Source of the DNA: Gemmatimonadota bacterium
Lineage (GTDB): Bacteria; Latescibacterota; UBA2968; UBA8231
DNA: 41,784 nt
Direction of reading: 5' to 3'
NCBI GenBank assembly: GCA_038128265.1
Contig: JAYPJE010000037.1
Location: forward strand, 1 to 41,784
Under the pieces are notes generated by a model. It saw only the letters and a list, made by a program, of their open reading frames with translations. It searched no databases and was not told the DNA's origin. The translations under genes were made by a program, and so were the position numbers. Positions 36,469 to 41,784 of the stretch are shown here, piece after piece (the stretch's first letter is position 1; each line of letters opens with the position of its first letter).

Positions 36469-36876
36469 TCAGTTCCTCTGGGGCTCCGTGGCAATGATCT
36501 GATCTACCACTCCAACCTGACGTGCAATATCCATTATCTGAACGATCTGTCCGTGCGTCGACCGCTCGTCACCCTGGATAATCATCATCGTAGTATTATC
36601 CAACAGCCGCCTCTTCTCCTGAAGCTCATCCTTCAACGTGGCAAACGTCACATCTTTATGGTTGAGCTTCATATTACCGTCCTGATCAACGACGATAAAG
36701 AGGTTCTCTTTTTCCGGTGCCTGCGCCTCTTCGGCCTCAGGCAATTTGATATCGAGACCCGGCGTCACGGCAAACACCGCCGTAACCATGAAAAAGATTA
36801 GCAGCTGAAATACCACGTCGATCATAGGCGTCAGATCGGGCATGGCCATTTCTTTTTTCTCAGCTTGCTTAGCCAT
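36469..36876 (-). CDS. exbD: ExbD/TolR family protein
   Basis: LTPMIDVVFQLLIFFMV, IKLPEA, IIQGD and VQIMD. Confidence 0.93.
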   Translation of the reverse strand: MAKQAEKKEMAMPDLTPMIDVVFQLLIFFMVTAVFAVTPGLDIKLPEAEEAQAPEKENLFIVVDQDGNMKLNHKDVTFATLKDELQEKRRLLDNTTMMIIQGDERSTHGQIVQIMDIARQVGVVDQIIATEPQRN

Positions 36877-36908
36877 CTCTATTTACGTCCTTCCGATAAG
36901 AGCAGTAA

Positions 36909-37562
36909 TTAAGCGGCCCGCGAGCTCTGCCAGCGGCGCAGGAGGGCATCGACAAATCCGTGACCATACGCTTCGAACTGAATGGCCTTGCCCGTAGCGC
37001 GATTGCTGAAATAGGTAAAAATAGCAATAGACGGAATCGAAATGACCAGCCCAGTAACCGTCGTGATAAGCGCTTCCGAAATACCGGCAGCCACGATCGT
37101 CGGCTCACCCAAGCCCTTCTCAGCAATACCTTCGAAGGCGTTAATCATACCATTAACCGTTCCCAGTAGACCGAGCAACACGACAGACTTAGAAACAAAG
37201 TCGATTACCGCCAGATAGCGCTCGAGATAGCTCAGAGCCGCACGCTCGACGGTGCCGTTCATTTCCTCGCGCATTTCTTCCAACGAGCGCTGCTCGCGCG
37301 AAAGGTGCTCAAAACGCTCGATGCCTTCGCCGAAGACCTCGCCTTCCATCTTGCCAACTTCTAGACAGAACTCTTTGAGCTGATCAATGGACGTTCCCGA
37401 GTCAATGCGCGCATTGACATCGTTGGTTATCTCGGCCAGCTCATCCTCGGTCCGGAGCTTGGCGTAGGTGTATACGCGCTCCAGGAAGAAGGCCAGAGAA
37501 AGCACCGACCACAAGGCCAATGGCCACATGAAGGGTCCACCTTCTTGAAAAAATTCAATCAT
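36909..37562 (-). CDS. exbB: ExbB/TolQ/MotA family proton channel
   Basis: GGPFMWPL, LLGLLGTVNGMINAF and GISEALITT. Confidence 0.92.
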   Translation of the reverse strand: MIEFFQEGGPFMWPLALWSVLSLAFFLERVYTYAKLRTEDELAEITNDVNARIDSGTSIDQLKEFCLEVGKMEGEVFGEGIERFEHLSREQRSLEEMREEMNGTVERAALSYLERYLAVIDFVSKSVVLLGLLGTVNGMINAFEGIAEKGLGEPTIVAAGISEALITTVTGLVISIPSIAIFTYFSNRATGKAIQFEAYGHGFVDALLRRWQSSRAA

Positions 37563-37618
37563 TGTTCTCTATCCCTCCTTTTTGGGCTCGAACGTTTTCA
37601 TGCGCATTGCACAAAATC

Positions 37619-40600
37619 TTATAAGACGCGGGCTTCCTGCATTACTTCTAGCTGCTGCTTAGAAAAGTCGACCTGCTGCAGATATTTCGAGCTGTCGCTG
37701 TATTTGTCGACGACCTGCTGGAATATTGCACCCGCCTGACGAAACTCTTCCTGCGCCATGTAGGCCGCGCCAATATTAACCAAAGCGTTGACGGCCTGAT
37801 CGCTTTCGGGATACTTGACCTGCACTTCTTTGAAGATCTCGATGGCCTCTTCGTACTTCTTCTGGTCAAAGAGGACTTCGCCCTGAGCGTACAGGTTGTA
37901 TGCATCGATTTCAGCCAAGTGGCCCAACAGCGTCTCCGCTTTGCTGACCAACTGACGATCGCGACCTTGCAGCTTGTCGATGGGAAACAGCTCTAGGAAG
38001 CGCTCATAGCTCGCGGTGGCCTTGTCGTACTCTTTGAGACCGTAGTAGTAGTCACCCAAGGTAAACTGGCTTTGCGGGCCATAGCGACCATCTGGGTGAT
38101 CCGTCACAATGCGCTCGAAAATCGGCACAGCCTCTTCTTTGCGCTCCATCGTAATCAGTGCCCAAGCCTTGTTGTAGAGCGCGTCATCTACGTAGTCCGA
38201 CCCGGGATACTGTGCAACGACGCGATCGTATATGGCCATACACTCGTTCAACACGCCGTCCTTCTCATCACGCGTGCCGCGATTGGTCAGGTTAAACAGC
38301 GCCTCGCCCGCGCGAAAAATAGCCTCGGGAGCATAGCGTTCCCTGGGATACTTCACCGCAAGCGAGCTGAACGTATCGCTGGCCTCGCGCCACTTGCCCA
38401 GGCGATAGCGCGCCCACGCATCGTAGTAGTAAGCATGGACCGCTTTATCGTCGTCGGGATACGTCGTGTAATAGGTCTGAAACGCTTCTGACATCTTGGG
38501 CAAGACGCCGATGTCCCCATTCGACAGCTTCTGGTACGCTACGCCAATCTGAAACTGTGCGTTGCGAGCCCAGCCAATCTGGGGATAGTTCTCGATAATC
38601 TTGCTGTAGGTCGCAATCGACGCCGTATACTCACCCGCCTTGTAGTACGAGTTCCCCTGTACGAAAAGCGCGTTGGCAATGCTCTCCTCGTTCGACGCCA
38701 AATCAATCAGCTCTTGAGCCGCATCAATGCTCTGCTGAAACTGATTGAGGCGAAAGTAAGCATTGGCCAGACGAATGAGCAGGCGTTCCTTGTCTTCCGT
38801 CGAGTCAATCCCGGCCAGCATCTCCTCATAGATGCGTATGGCGTCTTTGGGATCGCGCTTTTCCGCCATGGAGATCAACTGCAGGCGAGCCGAACGCGCC
38901 AAGCTCTCATCACCCGACTTGACGACTGCATTTAACAGCCTTTCCGCTTCGGCATCGCTTCCCTGAGCCGAATACGACAGGGCCATTGAAAACTCAACTT
39001 TAAGCTGCATGCTCTGCGGCAGGCGCTGATCGAGCAGCCAGCGATAGTCGTTTAGAGCGCGATCATAGCGCCCCGTCCAGTGGTAGGCCAGCGCGCGGCC
39101 ATAGCGCGTATCGCGGATGAGTTCGCTCTCGGGATACTCTTCCAAAACCTTGGTGTAGCCCCTGATGGCATCTATATAATTCTTGTTGTTTAGGTCGAGC
39201 TGCGCCATCTGGTAGTGCGCCCGCGCTTCCAGCGCGCGATCTCCGGTGACACCGGCAAGCAGCTGGTTGAGCATCTTGCGCCCCTCATCGGGCCGCCCCT
39301 CGCTGATGTGTATATTGGCCGCCTCAATAAGCGCCGCAATATAGGTCTCGCGCGAGTCGCGATCGACTTGAGAGAAGGCTGCAACCGCTTCGTCGGCGCG
39401 TCCCTCGTCGCGATAGAGGATACCCAGGCCATAGAATGCATCAGCGGAATAGCGCGTTTCCTGATAGCTCTCGGTGATTGCTCGATAGGCGTCAATCGCC
39501 TCCTTTACCTTCTGCTGCTCGTAGTTGATACGGGCAATGCGCAGAAGACACAGCGGCGCCTGTTCGGAGCGAGGAAAGCTCTCAACCGCCTGACTGTAGC
39601 TGTCGATAGCCGAGTTAGCCTCCCCCATCTTTTCAGCCGACCAGCCCGCACTGTACAGCGACGCTGAACGCAGACCCGTATCGCTATCAGGGTATTCGGA
39701 CAGCACCTTCAGGTAGTCCGCACGAGCCTGGCCGTAGTCGTTGGCAAAATAGCGCGCCTCACCCTTCTGATACTGAGCGTTGGGCGGATAGGGCGTATCG
39801 GCGTAGAGTTCGATCACCTGATTGTAGGCGGTCCAGGCATCGTCGAACTTCTTCCACTCCATGTAGTTATCACCAATACGCATCTGGACTTTCGCCTTGT
39901 AGAAGCGCTCTTCCGCCGTTTCCTGAGCGGCGATCAGCTCTTGATACGCCTGCTCGTATTGGTCTGTCTTGCGGAAGATCTCAGCTACGCGCAGCGATGA
40001 TGTTTCAAAGAGCTGACGATAATTTTCGAAATCGACGTTTTTACCCTCGCGGAATGAACCGCGCAACAGCTCGAACATGCGGTCGTAGAGGCTGCGAACC
40101 TCGCGATACGCCGCAATCGCATCTTCATCCTGGCTCAGCTTGTCAAATGAATTGGCCTTGAGATAGACCGACTGGGCGATAACTGGGCTGTTGGGATACT
40201 TGTCCAGCACGATCTGCGCCGCGCTGACAGCCTCTTCGAAACGCCCCTTCTCATACAGCGCGTTGGCGATGCGAAACTGGGCGTCAGGCGCGTAGCGATC
40301 TTCGGGATAAGCCTCGAGCATGCCCTGTAGGGTCTCAATGCTCTCGTCGTAATCCTTCTGGTTAAACTGGCTCCAACCGCTGTAATAAAAAGCTTTACCC
40401 GCCTCGCTCGTGTTCGGAAACAGCTCGACGTAGCGCTTGTATTCCTGAGCAGCCTCGGCCCACTCTTTAGCCAGAAAACGGGTTTCAGCCACCTGAAACT
40501 GCACTAGCTGGCGAAATTCGTCGGGCACACCTCCCACATCCAAGACATGGCGATATGCATCTACGGCCTGCTCGTGCTGCCCGCTCTTCTTGTAGGCATT

Positions 40601-40858
40601 ACCAAGCTGATACCAAGCAGCGGCAACTACCGGCAGTTCGAGTTCGTCGCCAAAGTTTACCCGCACACTATCCGTGCGAACGGCCCGGCTTTTGAACTCG
40701 ACGATCTTTGAGTACTCAATGATCGCCCCTTCGTATTCGCCAAGCGCGTAAAGCGACTGCCCAGCATCGAAACTGGTCTTCAGGTTTTGTGGCACGGGGA
40801 GAAATAGGCTAGCGCCTAATCCCATTCCCAGCGCAATGAGTCCTGCCCAGACCGTCAT
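37619..40858 (-). CDS. Large exported TPR protein (BamD/CpoB-type repeats), 1079 aa
   Basis: N-terminal hydrophobic segment followed by TPR pairs along nearly the whole length, with recurrent (Y/F)P-x-S...A turns. Confidence 0.92.
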   Translation of the reverse strand: MTVWAGLIALGMGLGASLFLPVPQNLKTSFDAGQSLYALGEYEGAIIEYSKIVEFKSRAVRTDSVRVNFGDELELPVVAAAWYQLGNAYKKSGQHEQAVDAYRHVLDVGGVPDEFRQLVQFQVAETRFLAKEWAEAAQEYKRYVELFPNTSEAGKAFYYSGWSQFNQKDYDESIETLQGMLEAYPEDRYAPDAQFRIANALYEKGRFEEAVSAAQIVLDKYPNSPVIAQSVYLKANSFDKLSQDEDAIAAYREVRSLYDRMFELLRGSFREGKNVDFENYRQLFETSSLRVAEIFRKTDQYEQAYQELIAAQETAEERFYKAKVQMRIGDNYMEWKKFDDAWTAYNQVIELYADTPYPPNAQYQKGEARYFANDYGQARADYLKVLSEYPDSDTGLRSASLYSAGWSAEKMGEANSAIDSYSQAVESFPRSEQAPLCLLRIARINYEQQKVKEAIDAYRAITESYQETRYSADAFYGLGILYRDEGRADEAVAAFSQVDRDSRETYIAALIEAANIHISEGRPDEGRKMLNQLLAGVTGDRALEARAHYQMAQLDLNNKNYIDAIRGYTKVLEEYPESELIRDTRYGRALAYHWTGRYDRALNDYRWLLDQRLPQSMQLKVEFSMALSYSAQGSDAEAERLLNAVVKSGDESLARSARLQLISMAEKRDPKDAIRIYEEMLAGIDSTEDKERLLIRLANAYFRLNQFQQSIDAAQELIDLASNEESIANALFVQGNSYYKAGEYTASIATYSKIIENYPQIGWARNAQFQIGVAYQKLSNGDIGVLPKMSEAFQTYYTTYPDDDKAVHAYYYDAWARYRLGKWREASDTFSSLAVKYPRERYAPEAIFRAGEALFNLTNRGTRDEKDGVLNECMAIYDRVVAQYPGSDYVDDALYNKAWALITMERKEEAVPIFERIVTDHPDGRYGPQSQFTLGDYYYGLKEYDKATASYERFLELFPIDKLQGRDRQLVSKAETLLGHLAEIDAYNLYAQGEVLFDQKKYEEAIEIFKEVQVKYPESDQAVNALVNIGAAYMAQEEFRQAGAIFQQVVDKYSDSSKYLQQVDFSKQQLEVMQEARVL

Positions 40859-40907
40859 GTGTGCGTCTCCTTACTCTGTCCTGGAGTGAGAGCTATTTCA
40901 GTTAAAC

Positions 40908-41784
40908 TTAGAATCCGTAGGCAAACGAGAAGCGATGTGCGCCGTTGGTCTCGGTCAGATCCAGCGGAATGTGGTAGCCGTAGTCAAAGTGCAGCTTGTT
41001 CCAGCGATACCCCAGACCCGCGTTCAGATCGCCCGTAGCGTCCTCTTCAAAAATCTTGCTGCCACCAGCACGCAGCATCAAGCCCTCAACAAGCGTCGTC
41101 TCGCCGCCCAAAACCACGCGGCTATCCGGCTCGTCGCCCGACACGTCGCGGCGCACATACTGCACCGACACCAGCGAAGAGGGGTTCAGGCGATAGGCCA
41201 CGCCAAAATGCACGTCCATCGGCAGTTTACCCGCATCCGAATCACCCTGAACGCTGCCATAGGCCACGTTCGGCTGGTTCAAATTCTTGACCATCAGACC
41301 AAACTGCGCGCCCTTCAGCGGGCTCTTCCACATCAGGCCCAAGTCGACGCCTACATTGCCCGCACTCTGGTTTGAAAGCGGATCGGCCCGACCGTTGTCG
41401 GCGGGAATATCACCCACGCTCCAGAACAGATACTTGGCGTTCAGACCGAGGTTAAACGACTGGCTCAGCTTGTAGGCCAGCGACAGAAACGCGCCGTTTT
41501 CGCTCATCAGTTCGGATCCAATGCGCTCGTAGCCCAACCCAAGGCCCAGCTTCGAGCCCAGCGGCATCACATAGGACACGACGTGCTGGCCCAGATCGTC
41601 CCCTTCGATGCCGCCAAAAAACAGCGACACATTCGTGTAGGCCAACTGCGTCTGTTCAATCTGACCCAATCCAGCCGGATTGGCAAAGACCGCATCGGCA
41701 TCGTCGGCGATGGCTACGTAGCTATTGCCCAGCGCCGCCGAGCGCGCACCGGCCCCTACGTTCTGGATGTTGACGACCGCGTCG
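40908..41784 (-). CDS. PorV/PorQ/FadL-like outer-membrane beta-barrel (5' end beyond the right edge)
   Basis: The frame stays open to the window edge: GAGARSAALGNSYVAIADDADAVFANPAGL. Alternating beta-strands and C-terminal HRFSFAYGF. Confidence 0.82.
   Translation of the reverse strand, partial: DAVVNIQNVGAGARSAALGNSYVAIADDADAVFANPAGLGQIEQTQLAYTNVSLFFGGIEGDDLGQHVVSYVMPLGSKLGLGLGYERIGSELMSENGAFLSLAYKLSQSFNLGLNAKYLFWSVGDIPADNGRADPLSNQSAGNVGVDLGLMWKSPLKGAQFGLMVKNLNQPNVAYGSVQGDSDAGKLPMDVHFGVAYRLNPSSLVSVQYVRRDVSGDEPDSRVVLGGETTLVEGLMLRAGGSKIFEEDATGDLNAGLGYRWNKLHFDYGYHIPLDLTETNGAHRFSFAYGF

Noticed and set aside
36909..37562. Second flagellar stator (motA/motB)
   Set aside because: The partner has the ExbD LTPMIDVVF motif and no OmpA-like domain, so this is ExbBD/TolQR type.
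37619..40858. DNA repeat array or CRISPR
   Set aside because: The repetition is at the protein (TPR) level only; I saw no identical spaced DNA repeats here or elsewhere.

Overview
GC-rich bacterial window with no tRNA, rRNA, CRISPR array or mobile element that I can recognise. It has four blocks. (1) 1-20.6 kb, minus strand: a flagellar cluster, flgB-flgC-orf-slt-fliE-fliF-fliH-fliI-fliJ-fliK-flgD-flgE-flbD-motA-motB-fliL-fliM-fliN // fliO-fliP-fliQ-fliR-flhB-(FlhA-like 66-aa ORF)-flhA-flhF(start). It has two near-identical sigma54 promoters with candidate enhancer boxes. fliG is missing from its usual position, and the stator carries Na+-type signatures. (2) 20.8-31.8 kb, minus strand: a surface-glycan operon with two GT2s, a GT4, an atypical SDR, a WecA-like transferase, a sulfatase-like/VanZ fusion and an O-antigen-ligase/TPR fusion. 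(3) 31.9-35.0 kb, plus strand: mpl, an exported HEAT-repeat protein and a lamin-tail-domain protein with a short C-terminal motif. (4) 35.1-41.8 kb, minus strand: a PorV/FadL-like barrel, a 1079-aa TPR protein, ExbB, ExbD and a TonB-anchor/DUF4159-like fusion. The best candidates for undescribed biology are block 4, a possible ExbBD-energised envelope or secretion machine, and the FlhA N-terminal mini-paralogue coupled between flhB and flhA. Gene content suggests an FCB-associated candidate phylum such as Latescibacterota, but this is inference only. All family calls come from motif recognition, not database searches.
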